Shown here: in pieces, positions 1-12,639 of the stretch
Position numbering within the stretch: position 1 is the stretch's first letter
How the letters are laid out: every line of letters starts with the position of its first letter
NCBI RefSeq assembly: GCF_009914755.1
Contig: NC_060940.1
Source: the human T2T-CHM13v2.0 reference genome, Homo sapiens
Strand: one strand, 5' to 3'
Length of the DNA stretch: 64,000 nt
Notes under the pieces: generated by a model
Database searches by the model: none
What the model saw: only the letters and a program-made list of their open reading frames with translations
Told to the model about the DNA's origin: nothing
Program-made: the position numbers and the translations under genes

Positions 1-644
1 CTCCCCATGCTCATGATCCAGTTAAAAATATTTTGAGAAACTATTTACAATACAATTCATCTTTTGGAAGAGAAAAGCTCTTGGTCATGTCATAAGTTAA
101 TTTGAACCATACTTTGCTAACACTTTATCTCAGTGGTATATAACGGTGACAACCAAAGCTTTCCTTCAAAGTGATCCATTTGACTGAGGACCAATCAAAT
201 CAGAATAGCAACTGCAATCCCAAATGTCCATAGAACATGTCCAGTGGTATTCTTAGACTTGACTAGACATCATCATACTTGGGGAGAAACAGTCTCCCTC
301 AGGATCTCCCAAAGGTTTCTTTTACTCTGGGAAGGAAAAGTATGACATTCTCCCAGAACACTTAAGAAATGCACCACAGTGGTGGTCCATCTCTCTCCCC
401 AATTCCTGAGTGAGCTCAAACACTGGGGTTTTCTTTCACAATAAAATACTGCTGAATTAACAGTAAGATAGAAGACTGTCAAACAAGCCAGTGTGAAACA
501 CATCAAGCACCTCCATTTCATAGTGTGAATATCTGAGGAGGTAGCTCCCATCTTTGAAGTAATCATTCTAGAACTGATAATCTAGCCTTAAAAACAGTGC
601 GTTCATTTCTGCTTGTGTGAAGCATGGGCCACATGGGACTCTAC

Positions 645-716
645 TGACAGGGAGTCATTTGGGTCATCAGTTCACTATAAATGACAGGGACATTTGGGTC
701 ACCAGTTCACTATAAA
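645..716. repeat. Two-copy tandem duplication (37 + 35 bp) in the 3' UTR
   Basis: tgacagggagtcatttgggtcatcagttcactataaa / tgacaggga--catttgggtcaccagttcactataaa. Confidence 0.9.
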
Positions 717-1519
717 GAGGAGAAACTTAGCTCCACTGCCATGAAACACCCTGTCCCACATTTCAAACAGGAGATTATCTATAGTGTTCACCAGGAAAAA
801 CAAGCATTGATGCGAAGGCATGGAGATGTGGAGAAGAGAAATACTGTATTTTAAAACTGTGAGTTCAAGGGTTAGCTGCAATGCTTCTTTTAGGGAAGAA
901 CTTAAAGCTGTGGGTTTAGTACAGCCCTTTAAAGTAAATGCAAAAATATTAGCTTTTAGCAAACAAAGGCATATAACATATAAAGAAAATATTGTATTGC
1001 TCAGGTTTTGGTAAAGATGTATTAATAATGCTTACAGATAAAAATAATGAAATTAGTGTTGTAAATAGCCAAAATAGCCAGATATTTACTAGCGAACTTT
1101 GTATTTATGTAAAGTGTGCCTGAACATATAAAATGCATTATTAATGTAACAGACTGAGCCAGTAGAAAAAGAATCTCTGTACAACAGACAACAGTTGCCA
1201 ATAATTTAAATAGTGTCAGATTCCCCAAATTATAAGGTTTGACATGATCTTACCTTCTACTATCATATACAAATAAATTAACCCTACAAATAATTTTTAG
1301 CTTAACTTAAAATCGCACCTAGAAAGGTATGGGATTATCTGTACCTATTACAAAAACCTGTTAAAATCAAGGGCTGCTACAAAGAATGAGGTAAACTGAA
1401 GACTCTCTCCACTATGCAGCCTTCAGATAAATGGCTTTTTTTTCTATTGGGTTCTAGGTTTGCACACCACAGTGTTTTGCTAGCAAAGCATTCAGAATTC
1501 TCTTCCAGGAACTGTTTGC

Positions 1520-1632
1520 ATGTGTGTGTATATAAATTTACACACACATACACACACACACACACACACATATATACACACTGTATACTGCATCAGCAAA
1601 ATATATATATTATATATATTTATATAAATATA
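1520..1632. repeat. Compound (TG)n/(CA)n/(TA)n microsatellite
   Basis: Visible directly in the sequence. Confidence 0.9.
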
Positions 1633-2310
1633 AGGAAGATTTCCCCCACCCACCCACCCAAAACATGTGTCTTAGTGTTTGATTTTTTTTTTTTTTTGTA
1701 CACAGAGAGAGGGAATTTCAGAATTTTTACATACATTTTAGCAAACAAGTTTTGATCTATTGGCTTCTTGGTGCAGTAATGCAACGGCAATCCATTCTGG
1801 TGCCAAAGGCTCATACTATTACAAGGAAGTTGTGAACACTAATTTCTTAGGAGGTGAGGCCAGCCCCACATGAACTTCTCTTGCATCCCTCTGGTCCACC
1901 ATGACACATAAATACTTAGACTTTTTTTTTTCCTCTAATGAATCATTAGACATTAAAAACGGAATAACAGAGTCACAAAGGGCCACATGCTTTTCGGTAT
2001 AAAGCATTCTCCTTCTCTAGGTTGCTATCACAGTGCAGACCTGACTGCCTGAATATGCTCAGGAGATTTAGTCAATATTGTCTGTATTTGGTTATGGAAA
2101 AGGCTCTCCTTTTTTTTTTTTTTTTTAAATCCAAAGTGCATAGTGAGAACAAACCAAAGCATTTTTTTTTCCTTCTCAGCATCAGTTTCATCTGAGCATC
2201 TTCCCATGAGAGGCCTGCTCAGATGCCTCGCCTTTGTCCTCTCCACCCTCCAAAAATAAAAAAATAAAATAAAATAAAAAATAATAAGAGTCAAGCAATT
2301 TAGACATTCA

Positions 2311-2495
2311 TCAGCCTGGTAAACAAACTTTGCCAGCAAATAGAAGTCCTACTATTGTAAAGAAAATTGATAAGACAAAAAGTACATATGATGACCCAAC
2401 TACTGTGTTGTTGGGTAATTTATAAGGTTGACCTCCGACTTCATTGATGTAAAATCCTATTGGAAATATTAGGGCAGCCATACAGAAAAGGATCA
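2311..2495 (-). CDS. MOSMO: MOSMO final coding exon, C-terminal TM helices (..ILFCMAALIFPIGFYINEVGGQPYKLPNNTVVGSSYVLFVLSIFFTIVGLLFAGKVCLPG*)
   Basis: Peptide recognised as the MOSMO/C16orf52 C-terminus. Acceptor ttgttttacAG at 2497-2496; first two bases TG complete the split codon A|TG from exon 2; stop TGA at 2313-2311 followed by a second TGA. Confidence 0.96.
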
Positions 2496-2809
2496 CTGTA
2501 AAACAAACCAAAACACAACATTAGTAACATGGTTTGGTGATTTCAAAAAACAATGAAAATTTGGCACAAAGGAAGCTTGTAAGAAGGGCTGGCCAAACCT
2601 GTTAAAACATGGACCACTTGTTAAAAATGTGTATATATTTCAGGTCACATAGTATCCCTGAAGCCTAACAATACAGTAAAAGCTAGGTTAGGCTTTTATG
2701 TAAGTTTTAGGACAATTCTGAATATCAGGATTAAGAAAGTCCTTTTCCAAACCTACCAAATCCTCACAAATACGATTCCTAGCCATTTACAATAGTAATT
2801 AAGGGCACT

Positions 2810-2990
2810 AGCTAGAGTCAGATAGGGGCTCAATTCCAGCTCTATTGCCTACTAGCTGTGTAATCTTAAGCCTCTGGTTCCCTTCTGAAAATGGGGGAAA
2901 TACTAGAAGGATAAATAAAATAATGTCTAGTCCCTGACACAGTGCCAGGTAACAGTAAGTGCTGAATGAGTGCTGCATACCATTATCACA
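2810..2990 (+). mobile_element. MIR
   Basis: MIR core-like text: ccagctct..actagctgtg..aaaatgggg..acagtgcc.. Confidence 0.6.
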
Positions 2991-3107
2991 ATAGTTACTA
3001 TTCTGACAATTCTCTGTTCCTCTCAGTGTTAGTGAGAAGGAATTGGAGAAAAGGTACATATAAATAAGCATCACTTATCTTACTCTGATTTAAAATCAGC
3101 TAGTAGA

Positions 3108-3427
<320 letters not shown>

Positions 3428-5271
3428 CTAGTAGAAATAACCTCAGATCTCTGGGATTAGTAAAGTGTCACAGTGGTTATCTCTTATCATGGATAATATT
3501 CCAAAAAATAAAATCTCTGTCTGGTTTCTGAATACCCAGAGAGGTAGGTTAAAGTCAGGGAGGATAGGTAACCTTCTTTGAGTTTTGCATGTAAACACAA
3601 AGGAGTATATTATTTGTTAAAATGTTTTTAAAAGGATATCAGAAAACCCAATGTCCGGGTAAAAGTGATTCCACAGTCCAGTGTTTCAGCAAATGGCCTG
3701 CTCCCTTGTGCTACCAAAGAAATGGTCTTCTTAGTGAACACAAACTATTTACAGATAGGCTAGCTTTTCCAAGAAAATATTTTTGCTTTTTGAAAGCATA
3801 TTGCTCAAGTGTTCATTGTCCTTCAACTTTCTCTGGAGGCAGAAATACTTCTTCAGTGTAATGTGAGGACAGATTACTAGGCACTGTACATGAAGAGTTG
3901 GACCTTCCATTATTAACTGAATGCGTTTTCACCTCCAGGTGAAAACTATCCCCCAGCAATACTAACAGAGTCCTGGATAAACATTTCAGCTGACACTCGT
4001 CTCTACATTTTTTTGTGTGTTAACCAATCAACAAAACTTTCAGAGTTTTAAAAAAGTCAATTAGGAACCCCTTCCAGAAGGAATAACTCCAGCAATACAA
4101 TGAGAAAAAACATTTGCTTAAGTAATACATCAGCTTAAGAAACAACAGCACTCTTACTTGTACGATTTAGGTAGATTATTTTATATTATACAAACTTACA
4201 GCTTATTTCATTTTGGGCAAATGACCACACCAAATAATATTACATAAGCAAACTTGGATTTTTTTAGATAGCTACTATAGAACAAATGAAAAATTCAGGC
4301 ATTATGTTTTATAGCTTTTAGCTTTTTTGTTGCATAGTCAGCAACAAATAACTATTAGTGCTGCCAATGCCCACTTATCAGTGTTGTCTGTCACCAATTT
4401 CTAATGGTTCCACAGCTTAATATGGTCTGGTGAGTAAAATGAAACCACAATTTAGGTAACTATACACAATCTAATTTAAAAAACAATGGGGCAAAATTAT
4501 TGTTGTAAAACAATTTTTTTCTTAATGTTGACTAATCTCAAGAAACAAGTAATTTAGAAAAGTACTTTAGGAATATGCAGATGTTAAATTTGTTCATTAT
4601 GTTGACATGCCAACTTTGTTCCTATCATTTCCTATTTTCTACTCTAAAAAAGATCTATCCTTTATAATGGAGTAATCATTCTGCAACCAAAGAGTTTAAC
4701 ATTTTCAAGAGTTAAATATTTTCCAAATTTGTTAGAAAAGGCTTAAATTTTAAGGGAACAATGAAGTCCTGTTTAACCTTAGTTTTAAATCCAAGGAAGC
4801 AGGTTCTCTATACTTCCTGGGAGCAGATTTAATGCAGGTGGATGAGTTTTTCTTTTAAGCTATTGTGAACTATTAAGTTACTTTAGATCTTAAAATATTA
4901 TTAATGCTGATAATATCAAACTTTGAAGGCTGAGCTTTGGATCCTAAATAAGTTTGTAAAGACACAATTTCATATCCTCCATGGCACAGATTTCTTGGTG
5001 GCGAGAGTCAGAAATCAGGTGCACTGGTAGGTGAGGGTGGAAATCAGGGTGGCAAAGGAAAGAACAAGGGCCAAACTTGAAGAACAGGACGACTCATCTT
5101 GGTTTCTCTTGCCCCCATAGGGAACCCCCATCATGTGGGGGCTCTTCTCTGAGACATATTTCCCCACTGTGCACGGCCATCAGAAGATATCACCCTTACA
5201 TTATTATGAAAACTATAGCTTAACGGGAATAGAAATACACATAATAAAGTACATTTTTCAGGGGTGGAGTG

Positions 5272-5290
5272 GAAACACTAGGGGGCGCCC
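5272..5290 (+). promoter_or_regulatory. Candidate CTCF site
   Basis: gaaACACTAGGGGGCGCcc versus core CCASYAGRKGGCRS: one mismatch. Confidence 0.55.
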
Positions 5291-5549
5291 AATCCCTCTC
5301 AGAACTGTCACCCCAGCCACTCGTTCTGGTACCAAAAACAATGTATTTAAGGAAGCTAAAAGCAAGGCAGCCCTTATCCTCACCCTCAAGGTCCTCATGC
5401 ACCAGGGAGGTTCTCAGAAGCCTTGAGCCATTAGACTCATTAACCTGTTTGACTAGGGAGCCCCAGGAGGTCCTCGGTGGGGCTGTCACGGGATATGGGG
5501 GAGCTCTATGCTTGCTTAAATGAAATTAGCTCAAAGATATATTACGTTT

Positions 5550-5825
5550 AAAAACCAAGATACAGAACAGTAGAAAAAATTTTACATAAATATGTATGTA
5601 TGGAACACACACATAATAGATATGTTTCTGTGCACTGAATACCTCTAGTAGGAAACCCCAGAAACTGGTAAAAATGGTTGCCTCCAGGAAAGGGGTTAAT
5701 GGGATGGCTGGGTGACAGGGCCAAATATGATTTCACATGGTTACCCTTTCAGAGATTTTGAATTATGCATCATATGCACATATTATTTCAAAAAGTTAAA
5801 TTATTTAAAAAATAAAGAAAAAAAT
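5550..5825 (+). mobile_element. Old L1M(E) 3' fragment
   Basis: Diverged L1ME-type 3' end (ggttgcctc..gggg..) with an A-rich tail. Confidence 0.5.
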
Positions 5826-6637
5826 ACATTGCATTTGGGGGCAACTACACATACTTAAATATTCTCTGCTTAAGGGGAATGGAAAACAGATAATCCTAGT
5901 TCTTTCCCTTTATTGGGTCATAAGAATCTATAGCTCATGAGAGCATATAACGTTTCGACTCACACTACCTTGCTAAATCATATTTTAGGTTTTTGGTATT
6001 CAAGGCATATGCATTCCCAAATTTCAACTAAATCCAGAAACTAAATCCTTCTTTGATATTATTTCACTCCTTGAAGAGTGATTTCTATCTGGATTAGTGA
6101 ATCTGTGAGTAAAAGATAAAGAAGCAGATTCTCTTTAAATTTCTCATCAATATCCTTAACTTTAGCCGCACTGTTTCTACGATTGCTTCTGGACCCTCTC
6201 TCCAGAAAAGAATTGTCTCAGGAGGTCTGTTGGACAGGGGAAAGGTCACCAACTTGTTTCACTCTGCTTAACAAGGATGGAGAACCTTTTTTATATAAAA
6301 GGCAACTTGATCTAAATTTAAAAATTAAGGGCAATATAGATAAACAGAGTCAGAAACATACACATTAAAGAGTATCAATTTCAGAGAATACAGGAAGAAA
6401 CAGAGGCTCATGAAGGAATATCACTCTCCTGCAGCCCTTTAGGATAAACTGAGTTTTAACATTAATAGGGATACAAGGGATTATCCCTTATCCCAATTAT
6501 ATGCGTTCTAAATGAAAATATCAAGAGAAAGTCAGCTGTTATATTTATTTTTAAAAATGTATGCAAACCTGAGATTATTTTAAGGCACTGAATTAAAAGT
6601 CTCATTTGCATAGGTATTGTTCTCCTGTTTCTTTAGA

Positions 6638-6830
6638 GCAGGATTTCTAAACAGTGGCTCTACTGCTACTTGGAACCAGATAATTCTTTGTTGTGGGGGG
6701 CTGTCCTATGTATTTGTAGGACGTTTAGCAGCCTCCCTGCCTCTACCCACCAGCATCCCCCTAGTTGTGACTACCAAAAATGTTTTCAGATATTGTTAAA
6801 TAACCCCTGGGGTGCAAAATTGCTTTGGAG
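6638..6830 (+). mobile_element. MER20 (hAT-Charlie)
   Basis: cagataattctttgttgtggggggctgtcct..gttgtgactaccaaaaatgt resembles MER20. Confidence 0.75.
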
Positions 6831-7491
6831 AAAAAGAAGCACGAAAGCAGAATTGCAGAAATGTCTTTTCTTTGTGCATTTTTGTTTCTTCTGTTTAACT
6901 TGAGATAAATCTCTGATGTGTTGTGAAATTAAACCAATTTTGCAAAGTACAAGAGAATGTGTAATATATAAGCTTATACCCTTGGGCAGAGCTTAATGGA
7001 GTAAGAAATATTGATAAACAATTATTAAATAACAAAATGTGTTGATTTTTCAATGGTTACAACATACAGCAGAAACTCAAAATCAATATTAAAAAATATT
7101 TCCACCTTCATCTAATTTATATTTTTATGTATTTGTTCTATACTTATCTTTATTTTGATAGATGATACCAATAGCTTCAAGAAGAGGAAAAGACTCAGGC
7201 TACTGGTAACTCTGAGTCACAAACCTGGAACACTTATGTCACAATCTGAGCAAAAATAAAATTCATTAAAATAGCATTTCATACAAAGTGATTAAAGTTG
7301 TGGATGTCCTGGTCTTGCAGAAAGAGTTTTGAAGAAATGATGGGACTGTGTAGAGTCTATCTCACGGCCATACACAAGTGGTGCTCTTTGATGATTATGA
7401 AGTCCTTATTACTGATTCTTGATTATCTTCATAAAAATACCAGTGTGGGTGGGTGCCTTCTAGACAAATTTAGTAAGCACAGGTTACTTAC

Positions 7492-7704
7492 TTCCAGTGA
7501 ATGCTATCCATCGAGCATATTTTGTAGCTTCTCTTCGCCAGTGGGAAGCCACCAGCAAACCACATGTGACAGTCAATGAAATGATTCCCATGATGATAAA
7601 AAACAGTGTGGTGACCCACTCCGGGGGAAGCCGGGGAGGGATGCACGTCCGGTCTCGTCCATGGATTGTTTGACACTGTCGCACGAGGCCCACAGTGAGT
7701 GCTC
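7492..7704 (-). CDS. MOSMO: MOSMO coding exon 2 (213 nt, phase 1-1; ALTVGLVRQCQTIHGRDRTCIPPRLPPEWVTTLFFIIMGIISLTVTCGLLVASHWRREATKYARWIAFTG)
   Basis: Acceptor atctccccAG (7706-7705), donor GAA|GTAAGT (7491-7486), claudin-like GL..C..C loop followed by a TM segment; splices in frame to 2495. Confidence 0.96.
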
Positions 7705-8779
7705 CTGGGGAGATGCAAATGGTGGGAATACTTTAGTGGGTTTGGCCTGTCCAGGGAATATTCCTCACCACCACCCCTTTAGTTCTTAAATCTCATTTAT
7801 CTCTTCGTGGGTCATTCAAGCACATCCTAAGTCCTACTCTTCAGCATCTGCTGTAGTTCATAACGTAGTAATACTTAGTTTAACATACAAAGTGAACCTA
7901 AAAAAATAACAAATGACCTCAGAAAAGTCATAACAGGCAGTTCACTCAGGCATTCATTAAATAAATACTTTTCTGAGTAATTGTGTCAGGTATTTTTCTA
8001 GGCTCCAGGGAAATAACAGCAGACAGGATGAGGTTCCTGCCCTCACTGAGCCTGCATGCTGGCAGAAAGAACTGGTATTTTTTGATTCCTAGATCCAAGA
8101 CTCATTGTATATGACTTCATTTTGGCTGAAAAGAAAATCACTTTTCAGGAAATTGAAGACAAACCTGAAATATGCCTAATTGTAATATAGAAATAAAATT
8201 AAATAATAGATTAAATGCCAGAAGCAATATGTTTATGAAAGGTATAAGGTCTAAGAATATTACAGTATAAGTAGTTTTCCATTAAACTCAAGAAAATGTT
8301 GGAAAAACTAGGAGGGCCCTCTGTCCCAAACTTGGTATATTCACCAATTTTTGTAGAGTTTACAAGTGTTCACACTGCCAAACCATGGCTGGCATGCTTC
8401 ACAGAAAATCACAAAGGCAAATTATGAAGGTAATTCTTAAAGTGTCTCTCCCCATTCAAATAAAAGTGATTTTGGTAAAACATCAAGCATTATTTTTCCA
8501 TAAGGATGTTCTCATGTCAAACCCAAGGGCCCTCCCTCAATCAAATTTGGGGTAATTTATAAAAACTTAGATTAGAAAGGTGACAGAGCAATTATTTGAT
8601 CTTCTTCCCCAATAAGAAGAATGTTTTCAATGGTACTTCTCAATAAAAACTACTTGTTTCCCCTTCCAAGAGCAATGGCAAATGGGAAAAGTTACCAAAA
8701 ATATAGGAATGGAAATTTCTGGAGCTATTAGAAACATAACAGATTTTTGCATTTTGGGGGGATTTTTTTGGTCTACATT

Positions 8780-8903
8780 CTTTTATTTATAGAGATGGGG
8801 TCTATGTTTCCCAGGCTGGTCTAGAACTCCTGGTCTCAAGCGATCCTCCCGCCTTGGCCTTCCAGTGTGCTGAGATTACAGGTGTGAGCCACTGTGCCTG
8901 GCC
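8780..8903 (-). mobile_element. Alu left monomer (FLAM-like)
   Basis: Antisense single Alu arm. Confidence 0.85.
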
Positions 8904-10367
8904 AGCATTATTTTCTCAATATGAACACAAAAATAAAAAAGACATTGACCTCGAAATCATAGCACTTGCCACGAACAAATGTCTTCTGTGAAGGGAACTG
9001 GTGAAATTCCTAGTGGCATTTTGGGAAGCTGCCCTGGTGGGAAGACAGAGCAGGGCTGGACTTGTGTGTGCACGTGCACGTGTGGCTAGGTGGGGCTGCT
9101 GGAAGGAGGGTGCTTTTCTGCAACTTGAGTTTGGCCATTGATGTATTTTTAGAAATAAAGCAACTTGTTGAAATAAAATGAAACAAGAAATCAGTTCTCT
9201 CAAAGTTGAGTTTGAGTCCTCCCCCAAATGCTAACTGTTAAGCAGAGAAGAAAATAAACAAGCTGTACTTTTTCTCCCAAGTCATCTAATAACTATACCC
9301 ATCTGGTGATCCCTGCCCAGGTGCAAGCAACATTATACTTATGGGGTTATCACAGGCAGGAGGAAGGCAGACCGGACAGAAAGTACACAAATCTTCACAA
9401 AAATGCCACACACTATGCCACACACCACCTTCTACTTGGAGCTGATTGACTTCATAGGCCAAAGAGAAGTAAATCAGTAAAAAAAAAAAATTGTCACACT
9501 ATTTATTGCTAACCTTTTAAGTTTCACGGTAATTGCTTGAAACCAGAAGAGAGGATTTGGTAGAGGTGAGTAGGCACCAGGGAATTGCATGACTGTTCTT
9601 AAACAAAAACACTAAAAAGTCTCCTTGAAAACAAAAAAAAAAAAACTTGAGGGAGTGTCTTATGATAAGGCATTTTCTTGTAATTTTGGAAATAAAGAAG
9701 GCATTCACAGCAGTGCTCGAGAACTCTTAACAGGAAACTCCTCCTGATCATTCAGCAAAAGACCGTTAACAAATTATCCTTTTCTAGTCACTGTTCCATT
9801 TATAAAAGATGTAACTGCTGGCAATGAAAGACCCTCTGACAAAATGCAATATTATGAATTATTATATTAGCAACTTTCTTCTCAATTTAACATACAAAGT
9901 CTGTACAGTTACAAAGGTAACTACATACCTAGTGAACTTAGATTTACATTTGATTTTTTTTGCTGGTAAACATTAAAAATTGTAGGTTCAGTACATCATA
10001 ACTGAACTTTCCTTCTAAATATTTGAGTATCCTTATGTTGACTTTCTTACTCTCTCAGCGTTAGAAATGAAATTTAACTTAACCTCCTGTGCCTGTAGAT
10101 TCTGAGTGGAATTGCTTTCCTCCTCCTCTGTCTAGCACACCACACCAAGTGACTACAAACAGAACAAGCACGAAAATTTCAACACCTTCTATAAAACTGC
10201 AAATAATCTGACCACGGTTTAGCTTTAAAAGAATAGCTATAGTCCTGTATTTATCAAATTCCTTATCACAATAAATCAAAACCAAATAGCAGCTCTATTC
10301 TAGAAGAAAAAAAGCTAATGCTAATCGACAAACAGAAGGCATACTGTATATAAGAAAATCAATACAC

Positions 10368-10661
10368 TTTTTTTTTTTTTTTTTGAGATGGAGTCTCGCT
10401 CTGTCACCCAGGCTGGAGTGCAGTGGCGCGATATCACGGCAAGCTCCGCCTCCCGGGTTCACGCCATTCTCCTGCCTCAGCCTCCCGAGCTGCTGGGACG
10501 ACAGGCGCCCACGACTACGCCCGGCTAATTTTTTTGTATTTTTAGTAGAGACGGGGTTTCACCGTGTTAGCCAAGATCGTCTCGATCTCCTGACCTCGTG
10601 ATCCGCCCGTCTCGGCCTCCCAAACTGCTGGGATTACAGGCGTGAGCCACCGCACCCAGCC
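10368..10661 (-). mobile_element. AluY-family
   Basis: CpG-rich, gcaagctccgcc..ttcacgccattc, gtctcgatctcctgacctcgtg; TSD aatacac. Confidence 0.95.
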
Positions 10662-12639
10662 AATACACAAATATTTTGCTGAGTCTCTCTCGTGCTCAGC
10701 ATAGTAGCAGTCAGAGATTCAACAACTAATATGCTCACACATTCAGTAAAAATAGACTTTCCTTAAATATGCAAGGGCTAATGCAAACAGTGGTCAGTCA
10801 ACATTGTTAAAGTTCATTTTCTTGAGTGAGACTCTAAGTTGACAACATTTATAACACAGTCATATATTTTCTGTAAGCTGACTGGGGGAATTTGCAAGGC
10901 TAACTGTGCTGTTACTATTAAATCTTATAAATTCAGGTCTGTTAGTACCCGAACTTTCACCAGGCCTTCAAATTTAATATTTTACCTCAAGGAATTACCT
11001 CCTTGAGCTTCAGACTCATCACCCACATTAATAGTCAAGATCTTTTACTTCTTCTAAATTCCCTTAACACATTTAGTCTGTATCATACAACCATGCACTT
11101 ACTTTAAGGTAGCTTCTTTTTATCCCCAAACAGGACATGAGCTTTTCAGAGGAGGGAACTGCACCTTCCACTCCACTGGAAACCCCAAAATGGCCTGCAG
11201 TAGTGGAATTCATAAGCATTAAGTGAGTTTAAATGTATTAAAAACAAGCTAAATTTAAAATCGCACTGCATTAAATAAGTTCTCTACTGTAGAGCTATCT
11301 TAATGTGGTTTCTGCACACTTATTAAATACAAGCTCAGCCATTCACGAATTTTTGTTTTATCCAACAGGTCTTTTTGCCTCTTGAAGGGGCCTGTAATTC
11401 CATTCCCCAAACAGCCAATCCATCTGTACCCTGCAGCTGTTTCCTAGGTAACTAACCCAGCCAAATAAAAGACTTGTACACAATAGGAAAAAGGAAATGG
11501 AACTAGAAACTACAGCATCCCACATGCCTCTCAGCATCTCACCTGTGCAGCATAACACACAAAAGGAAAGTCATCCTGAGTCTTACTCCATTAAGTGGGG
11601 GCATCTTAAGAAGCTTCGACGCTCATCATCTGTAAATCCAGACACTGTTAAAACGATTTAATACAGCCAGTCTGAGCATGTCTGTTGCCACAGTGAGGAT
11701 GATTATAAGGTATGTCATCACTACATGTAAAAGCAGTGTCACAGAAAATCTGTAACACAGGGGCTGTAAGGCAGAAAGGCGCACGGCCACCAGTCTGTCA
11801 GAGCAAATCATGTGGAGTGCTTGCCAACCTGGCCAGAGAGAGCGTTTTCCCATACAGGGTTGGATTTGAGCAAAAATAGCGAAGTTAACATTAGCTATTA
11901 TCTTCTTCCATCTCCCTGTTACGTTTTCCTCCTCCGGACAATGCTCTCCTCCTCTCACGGGGCTCTCCCTGTCAGCTCTAGGTACTATGATTTGGAGTGC
12001 CCAATCCCTACCACAGATGTGGATCTCTTGCTCTACTTCCTCCTTGGGGAAATAAAATCTGTTCTTGGCAAGCTGTTTCACTGGTTACACAGGCCAAAAA
12101 ATACTCTACCACAAATGTCTTAATGATTGATAAAAGCTTAACATACTGCCTTTCCCAAGAGCATTTGTATTTGAGCGAGGGGTAGTATCCCAATTGAACT
12201 GAAATTACGGAGTTTCATGTTTTAGCAATGGGCTGGCTGAAGAAATTTAGAATTGGATTGCACGTGAAGATGGGGAGCAGGAAGGGGAAAGACCCCAGTG
12301 TACACAGCCCTGTGCACCTCCCTGGGTAAGTCAGACGCTGGCAGCTCGCCCTCTGAATGAGTAGAAGCACAAAAACAAAACAACAGCCTACGGGTAACTT
12401 AAAAACGTCACACACCTAATTTTTTCCTCTAGAAACATAGCTAGTGGTGATGATTTTTATCTGCTATGATTTCTAAATTGTATTTTAGGATATAGGTGCT
12501 TATAAATAGCAAACTGGCCAAAAAAAAAGAGTGAACAGGTAAATCAAAGAAACTTAATGAGCCACACATGGACAGTGTCTGAAAACCTGAGTAACATAAT
12601 AGGCTGGGGCTGAGCCCTACTCTCCACTGTAGTATGCCT

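Larger units (their letters stand above)
1..2310 (-). other. MOSMO: MOSMO 3' UTR (probably continues beyond the window start)
   Basis: AU-rich, largely free of interspersed repeats, downstream of the stop codon; no AATAAA/ATTAAA spotted on the minus strand in this interval. Confidence 0.75.

Noticed and set aside
2304-2310. miR-181 seed match UGAAUGU
   Set aside because: Immediately after the stop codon, within the ribosome shadow, so unlikely to be effective.
5133-5523. Three overlapping ORFs (84-97 aa)
   Set aside because: Explained by locally higher GC content; no recognisable homology.
7149-7491. Intronic polyadenylation after exon 2 (read-through ..GSK*, AATAAA at 7154-7149)
   Set aside because: The donor is strong and no U/GU-rich downstream element follows the hexamer.
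11626-12081. 151-aa minus-strand ORF
   Set aside because: Non-ATG start, no recognisable domain, no convincing splice sites; compatible with chance in 64 kb.
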